From Syntrophorhabdaceae bacterium (GTDB lineage: Bacteria > Desulfobacterota > Syntrophorhabdia > Syntrophorhabdales > Syntrophorhabdaceae): a stretch of 64,000 bases of DNA. Location: contig OY762209.1 of NCBI GenBank assembly GCA_963665295.1, positions 3,552,001-3,616,000 of the forward strand, in the 5' to 3' direction. A model generated the notes under the pieces. It did no database searches, was not told the DNA's origin, and saw only the letters and a list, made by a program, of their open reading frames with translations. Positions 30,976 through 41,665 of this stretch are shown here, piece by piece. Numbering within the stretch: position 1 is the stretch's first letter; each line of letters opens with the position of its first letter. A program made the position numbers and the translations under genes.

Positions 30976-32964
30976 ATGCCACAATTCAAGATTGCCCGTG
31001 AATATGAACCGAGGGGCGACCAGCCTCAGGCAATAGACAAGCTTTCAAAGGCCATAGAAGCCGGTGCCACCCACCAGGTTCTGCTTGGCGTGACGGGGTC
31101 CGGAAAGACCTTCACTATGGCTAATGTGATCGAGCGTGTGCAAAGACCGACTCTCGTTATTTCCCACAACAAGACTTTGGCTGCCCAACTTTACGGAGAA
31201 TTCAAGGGTCTGTTTCCTGATAACGAAGTGCATTTCTTCGTGAGTTACTACGATTATTATCAGCCGGAGGCGTATCTGCCCCATACGGACACGTATATAG
31301 AGAAGGACGCATCGATCAATGAAGAGATCGATAAACTGAGACTGCTCGCGACCAATTCCCTCTTTGAGAGGGACGATGTCATTATCGTGGCGAGTGTATC
31401 ATGTATATATGGCCTCGGTTCACCGGAGGCGTATTACGGGATGCTTATCTATCTGGAGGAAGGACAGCAGATTGACCGGAGGGCTGTCCTGGACAAACTC
31501 GTACAATGCCAGTATGAAAGGAACGACATAGACTTTTACCGTGGAAGGTTCAGGGTAAGGGGAGAGAATATAGACGTTTTCCCTGCCTACGAAGAGGACA
31601 GGGCATTCAGGATAGTCCTCGATGACGGCGTCGTGTCGGCTTTGTATCATATCGACCCATTGCGGGGGAGTGTAATCGCAAAGCTGAAGCGTTGCACCAT
31701 ATTTCCGACGAGCCATTATGTGACGCCGAAGGAGACCCTTGAAAGAGCGGTGGTGTCTATTGAGGCTGAGTTGGACGATTATGTGAAGACGCTCAAGGGG
31801 CAGAATAAACTCCTCGAGGCTCAGCGCATAGAGATGAGAACAAAATATGATCTGGAAATGCTGCGGGAGATAGGGTATTGCCAGGGCATAGAGAACTATT
31901 CCAGACATCTCACGGGACGAAAGGCAGGAGAGGCGCCTCCGACATTGATGGACTATTTCCCGTCGAATACCATTGTGATGATCGACGAGAGCCATGTGAC
32001 GGTGCCTCAGTTGATCGGGATGTACCGTGGGGACCGGGCGAGAAAGACCACGCTGGTGGAGTATGGGTTCCGTCTGCCCTCAGCCCTTGATAACAGGCCG
32101 CTTATGTTCGAGGAATTCGAGTCGAGGACGAAACAGGTGGTGTACACATCCGCGACTCCGGCGCGATATGAGATGGAAAGGTCACGGGGCCATGTGGTGG
32201 AACAGATCATTCGTCCCACCGGTCTTATGGACCCGTTGATTGAGTTGAAGCCCGCGGCGAACCAGGTCGATACGTTGCTTGCGGAGATAAGGAAGGTCGT
32301 AGGCAATAAAGAGCGGGTACTTGTGACGACTCTGACGAAACGTTTTGCGGAGGATCTGACGGACTACCTCCTGGACAAAGGCGTGAGAACGAAATATCTG
32401 CACTCGGATGTGGATACCCTCGAACGCATCGCGATCGTGAGAGACCTGAGGATGGGGAAGTTCGACGTCCTTGTGGGTGTGAACCTTCTGAGAGAGGGGT
32501 TGGATTTGCCGGAGGTCTCCCTTGTAGCCATTCTCGATGCGGACAAGGAAGGTTTTCTCCGTTCGGAAACGTCGCTCATTCAGACCTGCGGGCGGGCTGC
32601 GAGGAATTTGAACGGAAGGGTTCTCATGTTTGCGGACAAGGTGACAGAGTCCATGGAGCGGGCGATAAGCGAGACGAACCGGCGGCGGAAGGCGCAGTTG
32701 GAGTATAATGAGAAAAACGGGATAACCCCTGAAGGGATCAAGAAAGGGGTCGTGGACATATTGTCCTCCATTTACGAAAAAGACTACTATACTGTGCCTA
32801 CCGACGAACTGGATGAAAAGGGGATCGAGCCGAAGAAGCTGTCGAAGATGGTGAAGAAGCTCAGGAAGGAGATCGGAGAGGCATCAAAGAGATGGGACTT
32901 CGAGAAAGCCGCCCAATTGCGAGACAGGTTGCTGAAACTCGAGCAGATGGAATTGACCCTGTGA
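30976..32964 (+). CDS. uvrB: Excinuclease ABC subunit B
   Basis: [52 protein letters not shown]. Confidence 0.98.
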   Translation: MPQFKIAREYEPRGDQPQAIDKLSKAIEAGATHQVLLGVTGSGKTFTMANVIERVQRPTLVISHNKTLAAQLYGEFKGLFPDNEVHFFVSYYDYYQPEAYLPHTDTYIEKDASINEEIDKLRLLATNSLFERDDVIIVASVSCIYGLGSPEAYYGMLIYLEEGQQIDRRAVLDKLVQCQYERNDIDFYRGRFRVRGENIDVFPAYEEDRAFRIVLDDGVVSALYHIDPLRGSVIAKLKRCTIFPTSHYVTPKETLERAVVSIEAELDDYVKTLKGQNKLLEAQRIEMRTKYDLEMLREIGYCQGIENYSRHLTGRKAGEAPPTLMDYFPSNTIVMIDESHVTVPQLIGMYRGDRARKTTLVEYGFRLPSALDNRPLMFEEFESRTKQVVYTSATPARYEMERSRGHVVEQIIRPTGLMDPLIELKPAANQVDTLLAEIRKVVGNKERVLVTTLTKRFAEDLTDYLLDKGVRTKYLHSDVDTLERIAIVRDLRMGKFDVLVGVNLLREGLDLPEVSLVAILDADKEGFLRSETSLIQTCGRAARNLNGRVLMFADKVTESMERAISETNRRRKAQLEYNEKNGITPEGIKKGVVDILSSIYEKDYYTVPTDELDEKGIEPKKLSKMVKKLRKEIGEASKRWDFEKAAQLRDRLLKLEQMELTL

Positions 32965-33024
32965 GGCATATGGAGGGGAACTTGGGCCGCTTGGCCCAAC
33001 ATACGCGACGCTTGGTATTATTTG

Positions 33025-34635
33025 ATGGATGAATCGATTATAGATAACCTTCCCGAGTCCTCGGGCGTGTATGTCTTTAGGAACAAAGATCAGCACATTG
33101 TTTACATCGGAAAGGCGAAGAATATAAGGGACAGGGTAAGGAGTTATTTCCGCGAGAGCGGGAGGACCTTGAAGACGGAACGTCTTGCGGGGACTATAGA
33201 ACATGTTGACGTAGTACTTACAGATAACGAAAAAGAAGCCTTTCTTCTCGAAAATAACCTCATCAAGGAACATACCCCCAAGTACAACGTAGTCCTGAAG
33301 GATGATAAGACTTATGTTTCCCTGAAACTCACCTGTCACGAACGATTTCCTGCTTTACAGGTGACCCGCAAGATCGAACCGGACGGCGCATTGTATTTCG
33401 GTCCTTATCCTCATGCGAAGGACGTGAGGGATGTTCTGAAGCTTGTTCAGACCCTGTACCCCGTGAGGAGATGCAGAGACACGGTGTTCCGGAAAAGAAA
33501 AAGGGCCTGCATGCTCTTCGAACTAGGGAAATGCCTCGGTCCCTGCACGGGGAGCGTGAGCGAGGAGGTTTATAAGGAGATCGTGGGTGAACTGAAGGAC
33601 TTTTTGTCGGGCCGGGACGAAAAGGTCTTGAAGGGGCTGGAAGAGCGCATAGGGCGGGCTGCGGCGTCGTGGAATTTTGAAGAGGCCGGGATGCTGAAGG
33701 AACGGTATCAGGCGATCAAGGGGATGATCGAAAAACAGAACGTTCACCAACATTTCGGCAAGAACAGGGATGTGTGGGGCTTTATACAGGAGGGAGAAGG
33801 TTTCAGGACGGCCTTGTTAAATTTCAGGAAGGGACTTCTTATCTCAAAAAGGTCTTTCCCTCAGCAGCCCGTGGTTACTGGAATGAAGGATGCCCTTTTG
33901 TCTTTTCTTTTTCAGTATTATAGTTCGAGGCCTGTCCCCGACGAGGTGATCCTTTCGGAGGAGATAGAGGATGTGCCATATATGGAAAAGTACCTGAGAG
34001 AAAGGAAGGCGGCGCCCGTCAGGGTCTACGGGCCCACGGACCGGTTTTCCCAGGAAATGATATCTCTCGCAGTCGAAAACCTCCATGAGCCGGAACCCGT
34101 GAGGTATGAACTGGCATTCTTGAAAACCCTCCACCTGAAAAAGGAGCCTTGCAGGATCGAAATATATGACATTTCTCACACAGGAGGAAGAAACCCCTCG
34201 GGGGCAATGGTGGTGTTCGAAGGGTTCAAACCGAAGAAGAGTGCGTACCGGGTCTTCCATATCCGTGAGGCGCCGAGCCTGGACGATGTGGCCATGATGA
34301 GTGAAGTGATAGAGCGGAGAATGAGAGATGACAGCCTGGGCGCCCGGCCCGATCTGATGATAATCGACGGGGGAAAAGGCCATCTCCACGCGGTAAGCAG
34401 GCTGCTCGCATCTTTAGGCGTTGACGTAGACGTAATAGGTATTGCGAAGGGCCAGAGGAGAAAAAGGATGGAGGACCTGATCTATCTGCCTCTGAGAAAG
34501 AATCCGCTCCTCATCCCGAAAAATTCGCCCGTCTTCAAAGAGATCGTGAAGATGAGAGACGAGGCGCACAGATTTGCCATATCATCTCACAAAAAGTGGA
34601 AGAGCAAGGAAGACCTCGCATCCGGCGTGCGCTGA
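33025..34635 (+). CDS. uvrC: Excinuclease ABC subunit C (no C-terminal HhH domain)
   Basis: GIY-YIG (GVY...YIGKA), Cys-rich region, UVR domain, RIEIYDISH, IDGGKG, RDEAHRFA. Confidence 0.93.
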   Translation: MDESIIDNLPESSGVYVFRNKDQHIVYIGKAKNIRDRVRSYFRESGRTLKTERLAGTIEHVDVVLTDNEKEAFLLENNLIKEHTPKYNVVLKDDKTYVSLKLTCHERFPALQVTRKIEPDGALYFGPYPHAKDVRDVLKLVQTLYPVRRCRDTVFRKRKRACMLFELGKCLGPCTGSVSEEVYKEIVGELKDFLSGRDEKVLKGLEERIGRAAASWNFEEAGMLKERYQAIKGMIEKQNVHQHFGKNRDVWGFIQEGEGFRTALLNFRKGLLISKRSFPQQPVVTGMKDALLSFLFQYYSSRPVPDEVILSEEIEDVPYMEKYLRERKAAPVRVYGPTDRFSQEMISLAVENLHEPEPVRYELAFLKTLHLKKEPCRIEIYDISHTGGRNPSGAMVVFEGFKPKKSAYRVFHIREAPSLDDVAMMSEVIERRMRDDSLGARPDLMIIDGGKGHLHAVSRLLASLGVDVDVIGIAKGQRRKRMEDLIYLPLRKNPLLIPKNSPVFKEIVKMRDEAHRFAISSHKKWKSKEDLASGVR

Positions 34636-34845
34636 GCGGTATCCCCTCGAAATCACGCTGTAACCTTGCTCAGTACCGTTCCTTGAAGGACGAGGTGGTG
34701 ACCTTTTTTTGGTTTCTTTCGCGCCACGGTTGTTGTAGATTATGTCGGGAAGGGCGAAAGGGCCGGTCAGAAGCGGGAAGGAACCGGGAGGGCCGGAGCC
34801 ATGAAGGGGTTCCCGAAAAATCAGGAGAAACCGGGAGGAAAGAAG

Positions 34846-35634
34846 ATGAGACGTGGAAGAACGCGGCTTTGCAGCTTCTTTGTGTCCGCTGTACTGGTGG
34901 CGTCGTCGTTTATGGCGGCCGGCGCTTTAGGCGAGAGGTGTTCGGCGGAAGCGTTGCCTCCCGGATTTACGGATATAGTACGGGTAGTACCTTCGGTTCC
35001 CCTCGATATCAGATATTTCGGAGCACACAACTTTGTAGGAGAGAGAATAGACGGCTATAACGCGCCGAAATGCATCCTCACGAAGAAGGCCGCGGAGGCG
35101 CTCTCTAAGGTGCAACGCGACTTGGCGGAATTTTCACTATCTCTCAAGATCTATGATTGTTACCGGCCCCAGAGGGGGGTGGACCATTTTGTGAGATGGG
35201 CCTCCGATATAGGCGACACAAAGACGAAAAAGGAGTTCTACCCTCATGTGGACAAGAAGAACCTCTTCAAAGACGGTTATATTGCGCGCAGATCGGGCCA
35301 TAGCAGGGGGAGTACTGTGGATCTTACGATAGTGCCTCTGCCTGTTCCGGAGCAGGAGAAATATGTTCCCGGGCAGAAACTGATGGAATGTTATCTGCCT
35401 GCCCAAATGCGTTTCAAGGATAACAGCGTGGATATGGGGACGGGTTTTGACTGTTTTGATGAGCGCGCTCATCCGATGAACAACCGCGTGGGCCCGGAAC
35501 AGAGGATGGGCAGGCTCTTACTTAAACTGCTAATGGAAAAGCATGGTTTCCAGGGATACGACAAGGAATGGTGGCACTTTACTTTGAATGCGGAGCCGTT
35601 CCCCGATACTTTTTTTGATTTTCCGGTGGAATGA
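34846..35634 (+). CDS. D-alanyl-D-alanine dipeptidase (M15, VanX/DdpX-like) with signal peptide
   Basis: DCYRP, SGHSRGSTVD, DMGTGFD, EWWHF. Confidence 0.92.
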   Translation: MRRGRTRLCSFFVSAVLVASSFMAAGALGERCSAEALPPGFTDIVRVVPSVPLDIRYFGAHNFVGERIDGYNAPKCILTKKAAEALSKVQRDLAEFSLSLKIYDCYRPQRGVDHFVRWASDIGDTKTKKEFYPHVDKKNLFKDGYIARRSGHSRGSTVDLTIVPLPVPEQEKYVPGQKLMECYLPAQMRFKDNSVDMGTGFDCFDERAHPMNNRVGPEQRMGRLLLKLLMEKHGFQGYDKEWWHFTLNAEPFPDTFFDFPVE

Positions 35635-35673
35635 GAGATCAGGGAATATAATACGAACTATTGGAGGCACATT

Positions 35674-36897
35674 ATGATTCGAAAAGATTCACTTCGTCTG
35701 TTGATGGTCGTCTGTGTGTGTTCTGTCTTTTTCTGTTTTGGGAATGGGTCCGCTATCGCGGCGGAGGAAACGGAGTTTACGGTGGGTGGCTTGCTTTCTC
35801 TCACGGGAAATGTGCAAACCCTCGGGAAAAGCAGTAAAGCAGCGATGGAAATCGCGATTTCGGACGCAAACGCTGCGGCCGCCGCCGGTGGCCTTGCGCT
35901 GCGTTTCAAACCAATGATCTATGATACCGCACTTGAGCCGGCCAAAGCAGTTGAAGGATTCAAGATGATGGCCGGGAAAGGTATAAGATTTGTGATCGGT
36001 CCTCAGTCGAGCGCCGAGGTTCAGGCGGTCAAACCGCTGGCCGACTCCAATGGAGTAATTGTAGTGAGTCAGTCGAGTACCGCGCAGAACCTCGCCGTGG
36101 CGGGTGACAACGTTTTTCGGTTCTGCCCTTCCGATGAGCTTGAGGGAGCGGCCGTGGCCACCTTCCTGAGGAGAGACAAGGTGAAGACCGTGGTTCCCGT
36201 GTGGCGTGAGGATGCGGGTAATGAAAGTCTCCGGAAGGCAGTGACAAAGGCGGTAACGGCCGTAGGCGGAAAGGTCCTGGACGGCGTGAAATACCCGTCC
36301 GGTCAACAGGATTTCGCGCCTGTGGTAAAGAACCTCGCAGCGCAAGTCGAGGCTGCAGTGAAACAGTCCGGTGAAGGCTCCGTGGGCGTATATATTACAG
36401 GGTTTGACGAAGTGGCGTCAATCCTTGCCCTGGCTGCGGAAAATCCCCGCCTCGGTACCGTGAAGTGGTATGGAAGTGACGGGACGGCCCTAAGCAAAGC
36501 CTTGGCGGCGAACGTAAAAGCCGCGGCCTTTGCGGAAAAGGTCAGTTATCTCTGCCCTATATTCGGAGTAGAAGAAAACTCCAGAGTTAAGTGGTCCACC
36601 ATCATCTCCAGGGTCGAGGAGCGCGCAGGCGCACAAAGTGATGGATACGCCCTCGCTGCGTATGATGCGGTAAGGGTTGTGGCGCAGACCTATATCGATG
36701 CAGGCGGAAAGGTCGATGATCCGGAGGGTTTAAAGAGGCAGTTTGTCAAAACCGCAAATTCATACCGCGGTGTGACGGGTCGCACCGTGCTGAATGCAGC
36801 GGGTGACAGGAAATACGGGAACTACGATTTTTGGACCCTCCGCAAGACGGGAAGCGTTTATCAGTGGAAACTTGTGGGCAGCTACGAGAGTGAGTGA
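35674..36897 (+). CDS. ABC transporter substrate-binding protein, Liv/type-1 periplasmic fold
   Basis: Signal peptide; VGGLLSLTG, VIGPQSS, VFRFCPSD, AYDAV, YRGVTG. Confidence 0.85.
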   Translation: MIRKDSLRLLMVVCVCSVFFCFGNGSAIAAEETEFTVGGLLSLTGNVQTLGKSSKAAMEIAISDANAAAAAGGLALRFKPMIYDTALEPAKAVEGFKMMAGKGIRFVIGPQSSAEVQAVKPLADSNGVIVVSQSSTAQNLAVAGDNVFRFCPSDELEGAAVATFLRRDKVKTVVPVWREDAGNESLRKAVTKAVTAVGGKVLDGVKYPSGQQDFAPVVKNLAAQVEAAVKQSGEGSVGVYITGFDEVASILALAAENPRLGTVKWYGSDGTALSKALAANVKAAAFAEKVSYLCPIFGVEENSRVKWSTIISRVEERAGAQSDGYALAAYDAVRVVAQTYIDAGGKVDDPEGLKRQFVKTANSYRGVTGRTVLNAAGDRKYGNYDFWTLRKTGSVYQWKLVGSYESE

Positions 36898-37005
36898 GCA
36901 AACCGGGACGGGGAGCGGGATATGGAATCCGCCCCTGGGTGAGAGAGTTTCGGGTGGCATGATGGGGGTTTTGACACGGATAAAAGTCCGTCTCCCATAA
37001 GAATA

Positions 37006-37045
37006 GGGCCTTGCCGGCACAGTTCGCGATGCGGCGGCAAGGCCC
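37006..37045. terminator. Hairpin between convergent genes
   Basis: GGGCCTTGCCG...CGGCAAGGCCC stem. Confidence 0.6.
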
Positions 37046-37063
37046 TGTAACATTAACTTACCG

Positions 37064-37537
37064 TCAATCGATTTTTATCTTGACCTGTTTCTTTTTTGCG
37101 TCCTCGGTCTTGGGCATACGGACCTCGAGGACGCCATCCTTGAACTCTGCTTTCACCTTGTCCTGCCGGATATCGGAAGGCAGACTCATGGTGCGGCAGA
37201 AAGATCCATAGGAACTTTCGTACCTGTAGAAGTTCTTCCTCTCAGTTTTGTGCTCCGCTCTTTTCTCACCCGATATGGTAATGGTATCATCCGTCAGACT
37301 GATGTCAATGTCCTCTTTCTTCATGCCCGGCAGCTCGGCCTTCAGTACCACGTCATTTTCCTCTTCGTAGATATCAATTGCGGGGCTGAACTCTACTTCT
37401 TCTATGGAGAAACGAGGCATCGCTGAAGGAAAAGGTCTGCGGAAGAAGTCTTCGAACCACTTGTCCATGTCCCAACTGACAGGGAACCTCATTGTCGGTT
37501 CGGTCTTCACCAGTTCTCTTGATTCTTTCTTAGCCAT
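37064..37537 (-). CDS. Hsp20/alpha-crystallin small heat shock protein
   Basis: PAIDIYE, AELPGMKKEDI, YGSFCR, AEFKDGVLEVRMPK. Confidence 0.94.
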   Translation of the reverse strand: MAKKESRELVKTEPTMRFPVSWDMDKWFEDFFRRPFPSAMPRFSIEEVEFSPAIDIYEEENDVVLKAELPGMKKEDIDISLTDDTITISGEKRAEHKTERKNFYRYESSYGSFCRTMSLPSDIRQDKVKAEFKDGVLEVRMPKTEDAKKKQVKIKID

Positions 37538-37772
37538 TAAGCACCTCCAAAAGAAAATAGTTGTTCAAATGTCACACTGAAACGTAATCATCCATCTCTC
37601 AGGACGTCAAGACCAGGGCAATAGGCGAATTGTCCGATGATAACGGGCTGGGGAGACTTCAATTGCCGCTTGATCCGTTTTGTGGTAATCTTCAATGAGA
37701 ATAGGCAGTGGGACAGAATGCGAGACGGTTGTGCCGGCGAATGGCACAGAATACCAAACAGAGGGAGCTGGT

Positions 37773-40700
37773 ATGGCCAAAGGGAACAGGGAGAGGGACT
37801 GGAACATAAGAGTGGGGACATCCGGGATTGCCGTCATTGTTCTGACTGTTTTCTTCACCATCGTTTGGGCCGGAGTGGGGTTCGGGAAATCACTCATCCC
37901 GCCGTCGGTGCGCGGGGCGGCTTATGACCCTCTGGACCACTGGCATGCGAGGAGTTCTCCCGCCCAAGGGTATTATTCCATGCATGGTATCGCTCAGAGC
38001 AACGGCATGTTTATCGCTGTAGGCGAACAAGGTACGATCCTCGCCTCAACGGATGGCGTAACGTGGACCAAGAGGTCGTCGGGTACCAGGAACAGGCTTA
38101 ATGACGTGACCTATGGCGGCAATACCTTCATAACAGTCGGGTGGATGGACACGATCCTTGTCTCGGCCGATGGCGTCACGTGGACCGCACAACCGTCGGG
38201 CACAGGTTACGACCTTTACGGAGTCGCTTACGGCAATCATACATTTGTGGCCACGGCGGGATATAAAGGCGTTCTCCTTACCTCCCCTGACGGCCGTATC
38301 TGGACACCTCAATCGTCGGGCAGCGCCTCGGTTCACATCGGCATCGTTTACGCGAATAGCGCCTTTTGGACTGTGGGGACCGATGGGTCCATATTTACCT
38401 CCCCTGACGGCCTTACCTGGACACCTCAATCGTCGGGGACCGAAGCACGCCTTCTCGGCATTGCCTATGGTGACGGCATGTTCGCGGTGGTCGGAGACAT
38501 GGGTACCATTCTCACCTCTCCGGACGGGGCCACATGGGCCGCGCGGGTATCAGGGACCAACCGCAGCCTGAATGGCATTGTGTACGCCGGCGGCATGTTC
38601 GCGGCGGTCGGAGACACGGGTACCATTCTCACCTCCCAAGACGGTGCCACATGGGCCGGGCGGTCATCAGGGACGGATTACAATCTTTACGATATAGGAC
38701 GCGGCAGCTCGACCTTTGTCGCGGTGGGCGCTGCCGGAGCCATCCTCCAATCGGACCCCGCGGGGTTCAGCCTGACGGTCGCAAAGTCAGGCGCCGGTTC
38801 GGGGACTGTAACGAGCTCGCCTTCAGGCTTGGACTGCGGGACTGTTTGTACTGCTGCTTTTGAGGCAGGAGCGGAGGTGACTCTCAGTGCGAACCCCGAG
38901 TCGGGAAGCTCCTTCGGCGGATGGTCGGGGGAATGTTCGGGCACCGGTGAATGTGTGATTACCATGACTGCCGATACGACGGTAATGGCGATCTTCCTGC
39001 CCCCCGGGACCGGGACGCTTACCGTAGGTGGACAAGGGGGTGGTTCCGGCACCATCAGGAGCGCGGACGGGAATATAAGCTGCGGCGCTTTTTGCTCTTA
39101 CACTTATGAGTATGGGTCACAGGTAGTTCTGACTGCCACGGCTGCTTCGGACTCGTTCTTCAACGGGTGGTCGGGCGCGTGCAGCGGGATGGGGGCCTGT
39201 ACACTCACGATGGATATGGATAAGACGGCAACCGCGTTATTCGAGACCTTGAGCCCTGATCCTCTGGATAACTGGTACGTGAGAAGTTTTGAACCAGGAG
39301 AGTACCCCCTTCACGGAATCGTGTATGGAAAGGATAGATTCGTGGCGGTGGGATTTGCGGGCACCATGTTTACTTCGGCTGACGGGAGCTTATGGACCAC
39401 ACGGTCATTGAAGACAGACCAGTATCTTTATGGCATCACCTACGGCAATAATATGTTCGTTGCGGTAGGATGGTCGGATACCATCTTCACTTCCAGGGAC
39501 GGAAATTCCTGGACAAAGAGGTCATCGAAGACAGGCTATGACCTCTATAGCATCGCATACGGCAATAAGACCTTTGTAGCGACTACGGGACATCAGGGAA
39601 CGGTCCTCACCTCTACCGACGGAGCTAAATGGACGAAAAGGTCTTTGGTGACCTACGATGTCTTTATGGCTATCACTTACGCAGACAACCTTTTTGTCGC
39701 AGTGGGGACCAACGGGGCTATTTTTACCTCCCCGGACGGCATCACGTGGACGGCAAAATCATCCGGCACCTCCAATTGGCTCCTGGGTATTACCTACGGC
39801 AACAATATGTTTGTGGCGGTAGGAGAGGCGGGAGTGATCCTTACCTCCCCTGACGGCAGTACATGGTCGGCGGGCAACTCCGGTACCGTCAACGACATAA
39901 ACGGCATCATGTACGGCAACGCCATCTTCGTCGCCGTGGGCAATTCAGGCACGGTACTCATCTCTCAGGACGGCGTAAAATGGGCCGGAAGGTCATCGGG
40001 GACGGAAAACGATCTTTTCAGCGCTGCTTATGGGAACAGCAAGTTTGTGACGGTAGGGTTTCGGGGGTCGATCATCACCTCTTCAGACGGCGCGTCGTGG
40101 ACCGTGCCGCGTTCAGTCAGCGGGATGGTGTCCCTGGCGGATACCATCGTTGCGGTAGGAGACTCCGGCATGATCCTTGTTTCAGGGGGCGGCTCACAAT
40201 GGGCGTGGTTGTCATGGGGAGCAAGCAACCACCTCTACGGTATCGCGTACGGGAACGGATCGTTCGTGGCGGTGGGGGCCTCGGGAGCTGCTCTCAACTC
40301 GACGAATGTAGTGAAATGGACAACGAGAAACTCGGGCGTCAAGACCGATTTGAGAGGCGTCACATACGGCAACAAGATGTTTGTCGCAGTGGGGGCATCC
40401 GGCGTCATCCGTACGTCCGCTCGAGGGGAGTCGTGGTCGAAACGTGCGTCGGGGACGGGCAATCACCTCTATGGCGTCACTTACGGGAATGGAACCTTTG
40501 TCGCAGTGGGGACCTCGGGGGCGGTTGTCACTTCAGTGAACGGAACGAAATGGACGGTGAGAGACTCCGGAACGGAGACCGATTTGAGAGGCGTCACATA
40601 CGGCAACAAGAGGTTCGTCGCAGTGGGGGCTTCCGGCGTCGTCCTGACATCCCCTGACGGAGTCACATGGACCGGACAGTCTTCGGGAACGGAGGCGCTT

Positions 40701-40901
40701 CTCTACGGGATCACCTATGGCCACAGCACCTTCGCGGTATCAGGAAAGGGTGGTGCCATACTGACATCTCCCGACGGCGCCACATGGACTCAGCGGACAT
40801 CTCCGACGAGTGAAGATTTGCTTTGTGTGGCGTCCGGTAACAGCACGTTTGTGGCCGGCGGACACGGAGGGGTAATCCTTCAATCGGACCCCTTGCCTTA
40901 A
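37773..40901 (+). CDS. Secreted/anchored beta-propeller repeat protein with two Cys-containing InlB-B-repeat-like domains
   Basis: N-terminal hydrophobic helix; 21 copies of about 39-aa G(I/V)xYGNxxFVAVGxxGxILTSxDGxTW; two GSGTV..CG..C..LxA..F.GWSG.CSG.G.C domains. Confidence 0.85.
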   Translation: MAKGNRERDWNIRVGTSGIAVIVLTVFFTIVWAGVGFGKSLIPPSVRGAAYDPLDHWHARSSPAQGYYSMHGIAQSNGMFIAVGEQGTILASTDGVTWTKRSSGTRNRLNDVTYGGNTFITVGWMDTILVSADGVTWTAQPSGTGYDLYGVAYGNHTFVATAGYKGVLLTSPDGRIWTPQSSGSASVHIGIVYANSAFWTVGTDGSIFTSPDGLTWTPQSSGTEARLLGIAYGDGMFAVVGDMGTILTSPDGATWAARVSGTNRSLNGIVYAGGMFAAVGDTGTILTSQDGATWAGRSSGTDYNLYDIGRGSSTFVAVGAAGAILQSDPAGFSLTVAKSGAGSGTVTSSPSGLDCGTVCTAAFEAGAEVTLSANPESGSSFGGWSGECSGTGECVITMTADTTVMAIFLPPGTGTLTVGGQGGGSGTIRSADGNISCGAFCSYTYEYGSQVVLTATAASDSFFNGWSGACSGMGACTLTMDMDKTATALFETLSPDPLDNWYVRSFEPGEYPLHGIVYGKDRFVAVGFAGTMFTSADGSLWTTRSLKTDQYLYGITYGNNMFVAVGWSDTIFTSRDGNSWTKRSSKTGYDLYSIAYGNKTFVATTGHQGTVLTSTDGAKWTKRSLVTYDVFMAITYADNLFVAVGTNGAIFTSPDGITWTAKSSGTSNWLLGITYGNNMFVAVGEAGVILTSPDGSTWSAGNSGTVNDINGIMYGNAIFVAVGNSGTVLISQDGVKWAGRSSGTENDLFSAAYGNSKFVTVGFRGSIITSSDGASWTVPRSVSGMVSLADTIVAVGDSGMILVSGGGSQWAWLSWGASNHLYGIAYGNGSFVAVGASGAALNSTNVVKWTTRNSGVKTDLRGVTYGNKMFVAVGASGVIRTSARGESWSKRASGTGNHLYGVTYGNGTFVAVGTSGAVVTSVNGTKWTVRDSGTETDLRGVTYGNKRFVAVGASGVVLTSPDGVTWTGQSSGTEALLYGITYGHSTFAVSGKGGAILTSPDGATWTQRTSPTSEDLLCVASGNSTFVAGGHGGVILQSDPLP

Positions 40902-41245
40902 TCCAATGCGGGAACCGGGCTCAGGTCCGGTTATTGCGGCGATTGCGAGGCGGTAAATAGAGTTCGCTGTCGATCCGGGAGATACCTTCTTCTTTTGCCA
41001 CGGCGATGGCGGCAAGAACCATTATTGCCCGAAGTGCGATCCAGGCCGCATCTCCTGGGACAGACGGCGCATTCACGGAGCATATCGTAGGCACGGCTGA
41101 TGCGTTCCGGAAACAGGCCTTTTGCATAGGTGTCGAGGTAAGCAGGCTGGAAGCATTGTCTGCTTAAAGGCTTTCCGTCAATGATGAGGTGTCTTTGTCC
41201 GGGGCGGAAGGGGTGATCTTTGTGAATGGGGCTTCCCGCGCCATC

Positions 41246-41542
41246 TCAGTGGGAACTTTCGCTTTCCTGGATTTCTATCTGAAGAGCCTTGCCTTCCACT
41301 ATCGCCTCCGCGACCTTACGCCGGGCGGAACCAAGAATTCTTCCGAAGGTGGGCCGGGAGACGCCCATCTTTTTCGCTGCTTCTTCATGGTAAAGACCCT
41401 GATGGTCGGCGAGGTTGATGGCTTCGAACTCATCAGGAGAGAGGGTTACTTCGTCGAGTTCCGTAATAGGGATGCCTCTCGGCTTAAAATACACCGCATT
41501 CGGGCTGCCTACGACACACCTGCATTTTTTTGGCCGAGCCAT
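41246..41542 (-). CDS. DUF134 family HTH protein (putative regulator)
   Basis: MARPKKCRCV...FKPRG...DEFEAINLAD..GL..EEAAKKMGVSRPTF.RIL.SARRKVA. Confidence 0.9.
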   Translation of the reverse strand: MARPKKCRCVVGSPNAVYFKPRGIPITELDEVTLSPDEFEAINLADHQGLYHEEAAKKMGVSRPTFGRILGSARRKVAEAIVEGKALQIEIQESESSH

Positions 41543-41547
41543 ACGTT

Positions 41548-41576
41548 ATGGTAAACATATGTCTGATGCAAGTCAA
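41548..41576 (-). promoter_or_regulatory. Sigma-70 promoter of DUF134 gene with CATATG operator in spacer; leaderless
   Basis: TTGACT-17nt(tgcatcagaCATATGtt)-TACCAT, 5 nt before ATG. Confidence 0.65.
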
Positions 41577-41665
41577 GATCAAATGCCCGGAAAGAGCGCG
41601 TCCCCTGCCCGTGTGCCGTAGAGGCCCGAATCACCTCTGTTTCTCCTGCCCGGGGGAACTTGGAG

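Noticed and set aside
34846..35634. vanX as a vancomycin-resistance locus
   Set aside because: No vanH/vanA/vanRS; an exported DdpX-like peptidase is a common housekeeping gene
37900..40900. Periodic repeats as a CRISPR array or DGR
   Set aside because: They are in-frame 117-bp coding repeats; no cas or reverse transcriptase gene
40902..41240. CxxC-containing fragments (CGDC, CPKC) on the plus strand
   Set aside because: In different frames with no start or RBS; cannot be supported as a gene
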